Below, in pieces: positions 40,270-49,685 of a stretch of DNA of 64,000 bases; position 1 is the stretch's first letter; every line of letters starts with the position of its first letter. Source of the DNA: Candidatus Latescibacterota bacterium (lineage in GTDB: Bacteria; Krumholzibacteriota; Krumholzibacteriia; WVZY01; JAKEHA01). The position numbers and the translations under genes were made by a program. Below the pieces are notes generated by a model. It was not told where the DNA came from. It was given only the letters and a program-made list of their open reading frames with translations, and did no database searches. Where the stretch lies: NCBI GenBank assembly GCA_963707635.1, contig OY970173.1, positions 2,944,001 to 3,008,000 on the forward strand. The letters run 5' to 3'.

Positions 40270-42120
40270 CTACGGTGACGGCGTCACGACCGGTACGCCG
40301 CCCATCTCGTATTCGACCACCGTCTCCAGGTCGGCGCGGATCGTTACCGTGACTTCGCGCGGCGCATCGTCCCCGGTCATGCGACAGGCGATGCGGTAGG
40401 TTCCCACCGGCAGGACGGCGCCCTCGAACGGCGGCTGTTGGGCGAACTTCTTCCCATTGACGCGCAGTTCCCCGACGCCTCCCAGAAAGAACACCGACAA
40501 CGTCCCCGTCTCGACGCGCGGCGGCGCGGCGCGAGTCGGTTTCGAGCGGGAGGCGCTCACCACCGGCAGCGTGTCGGGCCGGGCCTCGACGTTGGGTTCG
40601 GCCGGCTTTCGATTCGCATTCGCATCGAGCGGCACCGGCTTCGACGTCGTGCCAGTCGCCGGGTCGCGCGCGCGATCCTTCGCCAGCGCGACGGAGACTT
40701 CGGCGGCCTTGGAAACGGCGTCGCCAGGACGAGTCTGTCCGGACGGAGTCTGCGTGGTATCGGCGGATTTCACCGGGACCGCGGCACCCGGGCCGAGCAC
40801 CGGAGGCTCCAACACCGACGCCATCGCCGGCGTGTCGCGCGGCGCCACCGACGCCGGCGATTCCTGGTTGTGCCCGCGCGCAAACCACGCGGCGGCGCCT
40901 CCCGCCGTCGCGAGCACGGCCACCGCTGCGAACACCCAGCGCGACGCGCCGCGGCGCGGCGGCGCCGTGCGGCGCGCGGCAGCAGCCACCGTCGGCTTCG
41001 CGGACCCGGACCCGGCGCCGGCAGCCGCGGGGGCGGTGTCGATCGTCACGGTTCGCCCCGGACCGCCGCTCTCCTTGCGAATACGATCGAGGTGCTTGCG
41101 CGCACGCTCGTTGGCCGGATCGAGAAACAGGATGCGTCGAAACTCCAGCTCGGCGTCCTCGATGTGGCTCCGCCCCTTCTGGAGAAAGAACGAACCGCGC
41201 GACAGGCACTGCGCGATGGTTTTTTCGTTGAAGGAGGCGTCGTAGGCGTCGGGATCCTTCACGTACGAGGCCAGACGCCGGCGGTCGCGCGGGAACTTGT
41301 TCTGCTCCATCGCCGCCTCGAGATCGGTGATCAGCTCGGTCACGCGCGCATAGCGTTCGCGCTCGTCCTTGCATAGCATGCGCAGCACGATTGTTTCGAA
41401 CTCGCGCCCGATGAGCGGATTGATGTTCGTGACCGCCGTCGGTTCGTAGGTCTGGATTTTCTCGAGGATCTCCGAATAGGTCTTCCCCTCGAACGGCTTC
41501 CGCCGGCTCAGGAGCTCGTAGGCCGCGACTCCCAGCGAGAAGATGTCGCTGGGCGGACCGACGGGGCGCCCCGCCGCCTGCTCCGGCGACATGTACGCGG
41601 GCGTCCCCATTACCTTGCCCAGCTGCGTGATCATCGTGATCGAATCGGACTTCTTCGCCAGGCCGAAGTCCGCGATCTTGATCCCGCCCTGGTTGGTGTA
41701 GATGATGTTCCCCGGCTTGATGTCGCGGTGCACGATGTCGAGTGCGTGTGCTGCCTCGAGCCCGTAGGCAACTTCGAGCAGAATCTGAGCGGCGATGTCG
41801 GTCGGGATCCCGGGGCGCTCCTTCATCAGGGTCTCGAGGGTGCGGCCGTCGTAGTACTCCATCACGATGTAGAACGACCCCTCGCTCTCGCCGAAGTCGA
41901 TCACGTTGACGACGTTCTCGTGCTGGATGCTGGCGGCGGCTTTGGCTTCGCGCTTGAAGCGATCGATGAAGCTCTCGTCGGTGGCGAGATACGGGAAGAG
42001 CACCTTGATCGCGACGGTCTTGTCGATCGAGACCTTGCGGGCCTTGTAGACCGCGGCCATGCCGCCGACCCCGATCTGCTCGAGCGAGTCGTAACCCTCT
42101 ATCGCGACGTGTATTGCCAT
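40270..42120 (-). CDS. Hanks-type Ser/Thr protein kinase, membrane-anchored, with PEGA-like C-terminal domain
   Basis: IGVGGMAAVY, VAIKVL, HRDIKPGN, DFGLAK, GTPAYMSPEQ, SDIFSLG; transmembrane helix WVFAAVAVLATAGGAAAWF; GTLSV...LPVGTYRI. Confidence 0.94.
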   Translation of the reverse strand: MAIHVAIEGYDSLEQIGVGGMAAVYKARKVSIDKTVAIKVLFPYLATDESFIDRFKREAKAAASIQHENVVNVIDFGESEGSFYIVMEYYDGRTLETLMKERPGIPTDIAAQILLEVAYGLEAAHALDIVHRDIKPGNIIYTNQGGIKIADFGLAKKSDSITMITQLGKVMGTPAYMSPEQAAGRPVGPPSDIFSLGVAAYELLSRRKPFEGKTYSEILEKIQTYEPTAVTNINPLIGREFETIVLRMLCKDERERYARVTELITDLEAAMEQNKFPRDRRRLASYVKDPDAYDASFNEKTIAQCLSRGSFFLQKGRSHIEDAELEFRRILFLDPANERARKHLDRIRKESGGPGRTVTIDTAPAAAGAGSGSAKPTVAAAARRTAPPRRGASRWVFAAVAVLATAGGAAAWFARGHNQESPASVAPRDTPAMASVLEPPVLGPGAAVPVKSADTTQTPSGQTRPGDAVSKAAEVSVALAKDRARDPATGTTSKPVPLDANANRKPAEPNVEARPDTLPVVSASRSKPTRAAPPRVETGTLSVFFLGGVGELRVNGKKFAQQPPFEGAVLPVGTYRIACRMTGDDAPREVTVTIRADLETVVEYEMGGVPVVTPSP

Positions 42121-42292
42121 TTGCAAGGCCTTCCCGAAACGGCGATTCTCGCACCCGTCACGCAGCATCTAATCGATTGTGCGATAACAGGTTACGAGTC
42201 GATAACCCCGACCGGACTGGAATCAGCAAGTTCCAAGCCACCCCGCGCAATTCGGGGTTGTCGGGCGCGACGCGACGCTGCTATAAGACGTC

Positions 42293-42967
42293 ATGCTCTC
42301 GGCACGACCTCGGCTCAATCGGCACGCGCGTGCGGCGCGGCTCGCGCTCCCGGCGCTGCTGGCGGCGTGCGTCCTCCCGAGCCTCGCGCGCGCGCAGGTG
42401 TTCTATTCGTACCCCGGGGCGCGGCCGGTGTCCGACTACTCGCCGTCGCTGGGGGCGGTGGCCGGCTTCGGCGACAACCTGGTCCGACTGGCGGGGTTCG
42501 CCCGCTTCAACGTCTCGGCGGCCTCCGACCTCGGCGTCGAGGCGGTTTACGACAACGTCGGCGCGGAAGGCATCGACGATGACGTCGGTTTCGGTGGCGC
42601 CGGGGTCGATTTCCGCTACCGGATCGTCGCGGCGGGCGACAGCTCGCCGCTCGACGTGGCGGCGCAGGCGGGAGGAGGATTCCTCGCGCGCTCCGACTTC
42701 CTCGACCTTCGATTTCCCCTGGGTGTCGTGGCCAGCCGCGATCTCCTGCTCAAAGACGGGCGCGTCCTCGTGCCGTACGGCGGGATCTACGTGATGATCG
42801 ACTATGTCAACATCAGCGGCGCGGGTGGAGACCAGTCCGACACCGACGCGGACGTGGAGTTGCGCCTGGGAATCAGCGCGGAGATCGTGAAGAAAGGGAG
42901 CCTGTTCGCCGCGCTCCATGTCGGCGACGACACCATGTTCTTTGTGGGGTTCAACGCCGGTCTGTGA
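42293..42967 (+). CDS. Putative outer-membrane beta-barrel protein
   Basis: Signal peptide ending ARA-Q; amphipathic strands; C-terminal FFVGFNAGL. Confidence 0.6.
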   Translation: MLSARPRLNRHARAARLALPALLAACVLPSLARAQVFYSYPGARPVSDYSPSLGAVAGFGDNLVRLAGFARFNVSAASDLGVEAVYDNVGAEGIDDDVGFGGAGVDFRYRIVAAGDSSPLDVAAQAGGGFLARSDFLDLRFPLGVVASRDLLLKDGRVLVPYGGIYVMIDYVNISGAGGDQSDTDADVELRLGISAEIVKKGSLFAALHVGDDTMFFVGFNAGL

Positions 42968-43039
42968 TCCCGGCGTCGCATCGAAAGGGGTTGTCCCGTG
43001 AAGTTCGTGTGGACGTGACCGAAGACCGCGCCCGGGGGT

Positions 43040-43795
43040 CTACAGCGATTTGACCCGGATGACCTGCACCGTGATATTGTCCCGCCCGCCCTGCTCATTC
43101 GCCATCTTCACCAGTTTCTTGCACGCCTCTTCCGGAGAGCCCGTGGCCAGAACCGCCGCGATGTCCGCGTCGGAGAGGTAGCTCGTCAAACCGTCGGAGC
43201 ACAGGAGGAAGGTGTCGCCCGCCTCCAGCGCCATCGGCACCGCGGGGGTGTCCGCCGCGATGTCGTCCTGGGCGCCGAGCGAGCGTGTGATCACGTTGCG
43301 CTTGGGGTGATTGCGGGCGTCCTCGTCTGTGATGATGCCCGACCGGACCATCTCGCCCACGATCGAGTGGTCATGGGTGAGCTGGGAGAGGCTCCCCTGG
43401 CGCAGGAGATACGCGCGCGAATCTCCCACGTGGGCGAAGTACGCTTTTCCACCCTGCAGGGCGACGGCGGTGCAGGTCGTCCCCATCCCGAAGAGCGTCG
43501 AATCGGCCACCGATTCCTGAATGATGGTGGTGTTGGCCTCTCGGAACGCCCTCGCCAGCGCCTGCGAGCGGTCTTCGTCGCTGTTCGCGGAGTAGAACGC
43601 CAGGATGCTTCGAACCGCGATGCGGCTCGCGATCTCGCCTCCCCGATGGCCACCCATTCCATCCGCGACCACGAACACCGCGCCGAGATCCTCCATCTGC
43701 TCGTCCGTCGTCGGAACGAACTGACCACACGAGTCCTCGTTGTTGAGCCGGATGCGGCCGCGGTCGGATAGAGATGCGTGCTCGATGGTCAGCAT
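43040..43795 (-). CDS. PP2C-family Ser/Thr phosphatase (Stp1/PrpC-like)
   Basis: RGRIRLNNED, VADGMGG, MGTT, HVGDSRAY, DHS, LCSDGL, GGRDNIT. Confidence 0.95.
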   Translation of the reverse strand: MLTIEHASLSDRGRIRLNNEDSCGQFVPTTDEQMEDLGAVFVVADGMGGHRGGEIASRIAVRSILAFYSANSDEDRSQALARAFREANTTIIQESVADSTLFGMGTTCTAVALQGGKAYFAHVGDSRAYLLRQGSLSQLTHDHSIVGEMVRSGIITDEDARNHPKRNVITRSLGAQDDIAADTPAVPMALEAGDTFLLCSDGLTSYLSDADIAAVLATGSPEEACKKLVKMANEQGGRDNITVQVIRVKSL

Positions 43796-43843
43796 TCGGT
43801 TTTCCAGGGACCCTGGGATCTGCCGGGACACAAAGTGGCTCCT

Positions 43844-43872
43844 AGACTATGAGAAACCACCGCCCCGGTCAA
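43844..43872 (-). promoter_or_regulatory. sigma70-type promoter for the PP2C gene
   Basis: Minus strand TTGACC-17 nt-TAGTCT. Confidence 0.5.
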
Positions 43873-43891
43873 CCATGTCCAACAGCGCGAT

Positions 43892-43945
43892 TGCCAAAAC
43901 AATGCCAACCGGCGTCGGGACGCGATGCGTGGCACGCTTCTGGCA
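43892..43945. promoter_or_regulatory. Mirrored TGGCA-N6-TGGCA sites (divergent sigma54-like promoters or an operator)
   Basis: Minus strand 43907-43892 TGGCATTGTTTTGGCA; plus strand 43930-43945 TGGCACGCTTCTGGCA. Both keep GG-N10-GC spacing. Confidence 0.5.
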
Positions 43946-44057
43946 CGCGCGGATCGCGCGGTAGGGCCTCGCCGGGATGCCCTCGTCGCCCCGAACTGGC
44001 AACGCCATTAACGAACGCGACCTGCGTGGTCGCGCTGATCGACGGAGGTTCATCGGA

Positions 44058-45110
44058 ATGGCCGGCAACGCGGAAATCGACCAGAGCCGAATCGACGAAA
44101 CGCTTTCCGCGTACCGCGAACTGCAATCGCAATTCGAACGGGTGCGCGACCGGCTGCGCCTCGCCGAGGAGAACCGCCATACCGTCAATCGGCGCATCTA
44201 CGAGAAGGTCCGGGGCGAGTATGACCGCGAGCTGGATTCGATTCGAGCCAAGATGTCGCCGCTGCGCGCGGAGATGGCGACGTTGCGGGCCGGGCTCGAA
44301 GAGCGCGTGCGCGACGCGAGGGCCAAACTCGCCACGGTGGAGGAGGAGCAGGCCGAGGCCGCGTTCCGGCACACCGTGGGTGAATACAGCGCCTCGGTGA
44401 TCGACGAAAAGCAGCAGGAGCTCGACGCGCGTCTCGCGGCCGCCCGCGACGCGGTGGAGCGGTTCCAGCAGACGCTCGCGTCCCTCGACGCCGTGCAGAA
44501 CGCGGACGCGGCAGACGCCGCGCCCGAGGACCTCGCCGACGAACCCGCGCCGGCACCGGCCGCCGAAGCGCCGCGCCGCCCGGTGCTCAAGGCGGCCGAT
44601 CTCGCCGCCGCCGCTCCGGCCCCGGCTGCCGCCACCCGGACCGTGCCCGCGGCGACCGCTGCCGCCGATCGTTTCGAGAATCCGCACGACTGGGTCAACG
44701 AGGTCGGACGCGACCCGCTCAAGGACCTTCGCGCGGCACCCGCGCGCGAGCGCGGCTCGGCGACGGAGGCGTCTCCGGTGGCCACGGCCGCCGCGCACCG
44801 CAACGCACCCAGCCTGGTGTTCGTCAGCGGCACCCATACCGGGCAGTCCATCCCGCTCTTGCCGACCACGCTCACGATCGGTCGCGAGCACGACAACAAC
44901 ATCGAGATCAAGGACGCGGAGGTGGCCCGGTACCACGCGCGGATTCTGCACGAGCGCGGGAGCTATGTGGTGGAGGACCTGGAGAGCACGACCGGGACCT
45001 GGGTCAACGGCAAGCGCGCGCGGCGCGCGGTCCTCAATCATGGGGACGTCATCAAGGTCGGTCAGACCGAACTCGCCATCGATTTCGAGTGGGCGACCAA
45101 CGCGGATTGA
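44058..45110 (+). CDS. Coiled-coil protein with C-terminal FHA domain
   Basis: GGAGG RBS; long heptad-rich N-terminus, Ala/Pro linker, then TIGREHDN...VARYHA...DLESTTGTWVNG. Confidence 0.85.
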   Translation: MAGNAEIDQSRIDETLSAYRELQSQFERVRDRLRLAEENRHTVNRRIYEKVRGEYDRELDSIRAKMSPLRAEMATLRAGLEERVRDARAKLATVEEEQAEAAFRHTVGEYSASVIDEKQQELDARLAAARDAVERFQQTLASLDAVQNADAADAAPEDLADEPAPAPAAEAPRRPVLKAADLAAAAPAPAAATRTVPAATAAADRFENPHDWVNEVGRDPLKDLRAAPARERGSATEASPVATAAAHRNAPSLVFVSGTHTGQSIPLLPTTLTIGREHDNNIEIKDAEVARYHARILHERGSYVVEDLESTTGTWVNGKRARRAVLNHGDVIKVGQTELAIDFEWATNAD

Positions 45111-45123
45111 CCGCCCTTTCCCG

Positions 45124-45972
45124 CTAGATACGCTCGACGGACCGGGCGTCCATCCAGCCGGACAGCTCGCCGGGCAGATCGATTCTCACCCAGTCGGAAC
45201 GCGCATCGCGCACCGAGAGCACGGTGCCCTCGTGCACCTTGAACTGCACGGTCGCATCGCGGCTCGGCCCGCTGAACACCGGCACCTCCTCGACCACCAC
45301 CACCCCGCGGGAGCGGTCCCTTTCTCCCCGCAGCTTGACCACCGCCGAGGCGGTGAAGATCGCGGTCAGAGCGAACACCAGCGACATGGAGATCGCGACG
45401 TCCTGCGTCATGTCCAGCCCGAAGAGGCGCGCCGGAGAAAGCACCGAGATCCGCCGGTACGCGCCTGCCACCCACGGCGTGCGCCGAAACACCATCACCA
45501 CCGCCAGAACGCACAGGAGCACGTAGAGCGCGCTGGCGAACGCCACCGACTCCGCCACCGTGGTGTCACGGTGCCAGGCCATCGAGGCCCGGCGAATCCC
45601 CGTCGGTTCCGCGACGAGTTGCTTGTCGCGCACCAGTGTGCGCACCAGCGCGAGATTCTCGCGGATGTCTTCGCTGCGTGGGTCCATCCGGCGGGCCCGC
45701 TCGTAATGGAGCACGGCGTGCCCGAGGTCGCCCGCCTTGAAGTAGGCGTTGCCGAGGTTGAAATCGAGGCTCGGATTGACGATGCCGCGCTCGGTCAGCG
45801 CCAGGTAGGTGTCGATCGCTTCCGCGTAGTCGCCGCGCTCGAACGCCGTGTTACCGGCGACGAAGAGCGATTCGGGCGGCGCGGCCGGCGTGTCTACCGC
45901 GAACGACGGCGTGGTCGCGCGCGCCAGAGCGACCCCCACCACCAGGGCCAGGACCCGATTCCGTCGCTTCAC
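45124..45972 (-). CDS. batE: BatE-like TPR + SH3 protein
   Basis: FNLGNAYFKAG, YERA, RENL, two transmembrane helices, VHEGT...WVRI...GW; last gene of the Bat operon. Confidence 0.82.
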   Translation of the reverse strand: MKRRNRVLALVVGVALARATTPSFAVDTPAAPPESLFVAGNTAFERGDYAEAIDTYLALTERGIVNPSLDFNLGNAYFKAGDLGHAVLHYERARRMDPRSEDIRENLALVRTLVRDKQLVAEPTGIRRASMAWHRDTTVAESVAFASALYVLLCVLAVVMVFRRTPWVAGAYRRISVLSPARLFGLDMTQDVAISMSLVFALTAIFTASAVVKLRGERDRSRGVVVVEEVPVFSGPSRDATVQFKVHEGTVLSVRDARSDWVRIDLPGELSGWMDARSVERI

Positions 45973-47798
45973 TTGAGCGCCCTTTCGACCGCGTGGATGG
46001 CATCGCGCGCCGCACTCGCGAGCCTCGTGCCCGCCCCGGCGTCGGCCGGACCCGCGGCGTAACGCGCCGCGTCGCAGGCCTCGATGGCGCCCCGCACCGC
46101 GCCGGCCTGCGCGTCACCAACCTCCCGGGTGGTGAGAAACGACTGGATCGCGTCGCTCGTGAGCCCAGCGACCGGCGCGTTCATCCGATCTGCGAAATAG
46201 CCGAACAGCGCCGCGTGAATCGCCCCGTAGCCGGCCTCCACGTTTCCGGACCGGAACGACTTCTCGGCCGCTCCCAGACGCCGCTCCGCGTCGCGCGCCG
46301 CGCGGCTCGCGCGCGCAAAGCCGACGTCGTCGCGCAGGCGGCGGCGGCGACGCTCCACGGCCAGCGACGCGACCACCCCCAGCGCGGGCAGGGCCTGCAG
46401 GATGAGGAACAACGGCCGGGTATAGAACGGCTCCGGTGCGGCGGCGAGAACCGCGGGCAGCGGATGGATGTACCGGATGTCGCGGTTGAGCACCTCGAAG
46501 TCGTCGCCGCCGCCGGCGTAGATCACCTTGCGGCCGTCTTCGTTGGTGCCGGGCTTGACCTCGATCGCGATCGCGGCCGCCTGCGCCACGTCGTAACGGT
46601 GCCGGCGGGGGTCGTAGTACGCGATCCGCGTCCCCGGCAGCGTGAACTTCCCCTCGGTCTGGGGGACCATCACGTAGTCGAACTTGCGGCGGCCGGACAC
46701 CAGGTAGTCCTTCTTGAACGAGTCGGTCGCGTTTCCGGATTCGTACACCTTGAATCCCTCGAGTCCCGCGAGTTTCGGCGGGGAAAGTGTGCGCATGTTG
46801 CCCACGCCGTTCACCTCGATGGACACGTTGATCGGTTCGCCCACCTGCGCCACCTGCTTGTCCGCGACCAGCGTGACGGTGAGGTCGCTCGCCACCGCGC
46901 CGCCGAAATCGGAGGGTTTGCCCGCGCCGGGCAGCGGCAGCACGACGATCTTCTTCGGCTGGGTGGTGAGGGAGCGTTGCTCGCCGAATCCGCCCCCGCG
47001 AAATCCACGGTTGAAGAAGTCGTCGAAGCGCCCGCGCATGTCGTCGAGAACGAGGTCGACGCGTGCCTCTCCGATCGTGTAGACGCCGGGCGCGGTCGGG
47101 AAATACGCCCGCTTGATCTCGGACACCAGGTAGCGGCGGTTGTGGATGGTGGCGTTGTACTTGTTCTGCGGCGGGAGGTCCTCGACCCAGAACCCCTCCG
47201 CGCTGGGCGGCGAGTAGTTGGGCGCGCGCAGGAGCTCGACCCGGCCGTCGGCGTAGTAGCCGAGCGTCCACGTCACCTGCTCGTTCACATACACGGTGTC
47301 GCGGTCGACGGCGGCGGCGACGAAGATACTCTCGTCCTGCGACGGCAGGGCCGTCCCCGGTGTGCCGGCGCTCGCCGGCGGCGCGTTCGGCGTGGGGATG
47401 GATGCGCCGCCCGCCACCACCTGGACCACGACCGGGTTGGCCGTGTATTGCTTGTCCCCCAGCACGAGGCGAATGGGCTCGATGCGGAAAGTGCCCTCCT
47501 TGCGCGGCTGGAGCACGTAGGAGAACGTGATCGACGAACTGGCCTGTCCGTTGACGAAGCTGAAGTTCTGCGACGTGCCCGCCTCGAACACGTCGAAGTC
47601 CTCGAGGGCAGGAAGCTCCGGCGCGACCGAGCGCCGGAATTTTCCCTCCACCTCGATGGTCAGGACGGCCTGACCGCCGACCTCCACCGTCGCAGGCTCG
47701 ACGCGCGCGCGCACGGTGACGTCGTCCGCGCGCGCGACTCCCGCGCACACCCACGCCGCGAGCGCCAACGTCATGACTCTGGACCGTGCCGATCTCAT
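45969..47798 (-). CDS. batD: BatD-like protein
   Basis: SFVNG, VYVNEQ, FGGAV, VGEP, GVGN, YYDP; operon position. Confidence 0.85.
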   Translation of the reverse strand: MRSARSRVMTLALAAWVCAGVARADDVTVRARVEPATVEVGGQAVLTIEVEGKFRRSVAPELPALEDFDVFEAGTSQNFSFVNGQASSSITFSYVLQPRKEGTFRIEPIRLVLGDKQYTANPVVVQVVAGGASIPTPNAPPASAGTPGTALPSQDESIFVAAAVDRDTVYVNEQVTWTLGYYADGRVELLRAPNYSPPSAEGFWVEDLPPQNKYNATIHNRRYLVSEIKRAYFPTAPGVYTIGEARVDLVLDDMRGRFDDFFNRGFRGGGFGEQRSLTTQPKKIVVLPLPGAGKPSDFGGAVASDLTVTLVADKQVAQVGEPINVSIEVNGVGNMRTLSPPKLAGLEGFKVYESGNATDSFKKDYLVSGRRKFDYVMVPQTEGKFTLPGTRIAYYDPRRHRYDVAQAAAIAIEVKPGTNEDGRKVIYAGGGDDFEVLNRDIRYIHPLPAVLAAAPEPFYTRPLFLILQALPALGVVASLAVERRRRRLRDDVGFARASRAARDAERRLGAAEKSFRSGNVEAGYGAIHAALFGYFADRMNAPVAGLTSDAIQSFLTTREVGDAQAGAVRGAIEACDAARYAAGPADAGAGTRLASAARDAIHAVERALK

Positions 47799-47810
47799 GG
47801 ATGCCCGAGC

Positions 47811-49661
47811 CTACCAGTCCTTGCCCGAATGCTTCAACTTCCGGAACGCCGCCTTGCGGCGCTCGCGCTGGAGCTGCGCTTCGCGGTCTTCGAGCGCCTG
47901 CAGGATGCGCATCGCGTCTTCCTTCGACAACTGCTGCATCTGCTCCTCCGACAGGGGCGACGCCAGCGAGTCGGCCGGAGGCGGCTGCATCCGGGACGAA
48001 TCGGGCTCCGAGGGCTGACTCTGCGAGGAATCCGGCGGCGACGGGTTGCGGTCCCGATCCTGCGACGGTGAAGGCTGCGAGTCCGACCTGGTCGAATCGG
48101 ACCCGGAGCCGGACTGGGAGTCCTCCCTGGACTGATCGCCACCGGAAGACTTCTGCTTCTGCTGCTGCTTGTCCTGTTGCTGCTGCTGCTTCTGGGCCAG
48201 CGCCATTTCGAGATTGTGGCGCGCGTCTTCGTCGTCGGGCAGGTACTGCAACGCCTGGATGTACGACTCGACCGCTTCGCCCGCCCGGCCACTCTTGAAG
48301 AGCGCGTTGCCGCGGTTGTAGAGCATGCGCCCGGTGAGCACGCTGTCGGGCGAGAAGCCGCGCTGGTAGTAGTCGATCGCGCGGTCGTACTTCTTCTGCT
48401 GAAAGAGCGCGTTGCCCCCGTTGTAGAAGACGCCCGGAGCGTTCGCGGGCGGGCGGGCGCTGTCGCCGAGCGCCTGGCGGTAGAGACCGAATGCCTTGTC
48501 GTATTCGCCGTCGGCGTACGCGTGGTTGCCGGAGCGCAGCTTGCCGCGACTGACCGATTTGGCGCTCGCGGGCACCGCGTTGCCGGCGAGCTCCAGCGCG
48601 GCCAGTGCGGTCACGACCAGCGCCCCCGTGTGCAACGGCCGCGTCCGCTCGCCCCCGCGCCGGCTGGCCCGCGTCCCGACCAGTGCGTCGACCAACAGGC
48701 ATCCGAGCGCGAGCGCGAGTGGCACCCAGAAGCGCTCTTTCTTCCGCTCGACGAATTCTCCCTTGATCAGTTTCTTCTGCATGCCCGCAATTTCATCGTA
48801 GAGCACCTTGATCTCGACGCCCTCCGGCGTCGCGGGGAGATACCGGCCATTCCCCGCCGCGGCCACCCGCCGCAGGGAAGCTTCGTCCAGGCGACTCAGC
48901 ACCGTCTCCCCCCTCGCATCCTTCTTGTATCCCGTGACCGCGCCGTCCGTTCCGCGCTCCGGAATCAACTCGCCCTTCGGAGTCCCCATGCCGATGGCGT
49001 ACACGCGGATCCCCTTCTCGGCCGCCGCGGCGGCCGCCCGTTCGGGCTCGCCCTGCTGGTTCTCACCGTCGGTCACCAGGATGATGGCGCGGTCGCCCGC
49101 TTCCGTGGGCCCGAACATGACGACGGCGGTCTCGATCGCGTCTGCGATGGCGGAGCCGGGCTCCGAAATGGTGTACACGTCGACGGACCGGACCAGCATG
49201 AGCGCGGCGGCGTAGTCGACCGTCAACGGACAGAGGGCCACCGCTTCACCGGCGAACGCCACCACCCCGACCCGGTCACCCTGCAGCCCGCCGATCAGAT
49301 CCATGATCTCGCGCTTCGCGCTCTCCAGACGGTTCGGCGGCACGTCCTCGGCCAGCATCGACAGCGAGGTGTCGAGCGCGATCACGACGTCAATTCCTTC
49401 TCTTTCCACTTTGACCAGCTGGCTCCCGAAGCGCGGCCCCGCGATGGATGTGATCAACATCGCGTACGCCAGGACCCACAACATGCCTTTCGCCAGGTGA
49501 CGCCGCCAGCTGAATCCCGGCGCCAGCGCCGGTTCGAGCCCGCGCCCGATGAATGCCGACAGGGCGTTCCGGCGCCCGCGGACGCCGAGTGCCACCAGCA
49601 CGGCCAGGAGCGGAATTCCGGCCAGGCCCCACAACCATAACGGTCTCGAGAACTCGATCAT
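47811..49661 (-). CDS. BatB-BatC fusion (VWA + TPR + Q/S-rich tail)
   Basis: ALDTSLSM MIDAS, PNRL, PLTVD, VTDGEN, YNGGN/YNRGN TPRs, ARHNLE, poly-Q, terminal KDW. Confidence 0.87.
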   Translation of the reverse strand: MIEFSRPLWLWGLAGIPLLAVLVALGVRGRRNALSAFIGRGLEPALAPGFSWRRHLAKGMLWVLAYAMLITSIAGPRFGSQLVKVEREGIDVVIALDTSLSMLAEDVPPNRLESAKREIMDLIGGLQGDRVGVVAFAGEAVALCPLTVDYAAALMLVRSVDVYTISEPGSAIADAIETAVVMFGPTEAGDRAIILVTDGENQQGEPERAAAAAAEKGIRVYAIGMGTPKGELIPERGTDGAVTGYKKDARGETVLSRLDEASLRRVAAAGNGRYLPATPEGVEIKVLYDEIAGMQKKLIKGEFVERKKERFWVPLALALGCLLVDALVGTRASRRGGERTRPLHTGALVVTALAALELAGNAVPASAKSVSRGKLRSGNHAYADGEYDKAFGLYRQALGDSARPPANAPGVFYNGGNALFQQKKYDRAIDYYQRGFSPDSVLTGRMLYNRGNALFKSGRAGEAVESYIQALQYLPDDEDARHNLEMALAQKQQQQQDKQQQKQKSSGGDQSREDSQSGSGSDSTRSDSQPSPSQDRDRNPSPPDSSQSQPSEPDSSRMQPPPADSLASPLSEEQMQQLSKEDAMRILQALEDREAQLQRERRKAAFRKLKHSGKDW

Positions 49662-49685
49662 CGTCCTTCCTCGTCGTGCGCCGCG

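Noticed and set aside
35541..45110. Type VI secretion locus suggested by kinase + PP2C + FHA
   Set aside because: No TssB/C, Hcp, VgrG, ClpV or TssJLM homologues are recognisable in the window.
48160..48195. CTG/TTG triplet run as a contingency repeat
   Set aside because: It encodes the Gln-rich linker typical of BatC-like tails and is imperfect and in-frame.
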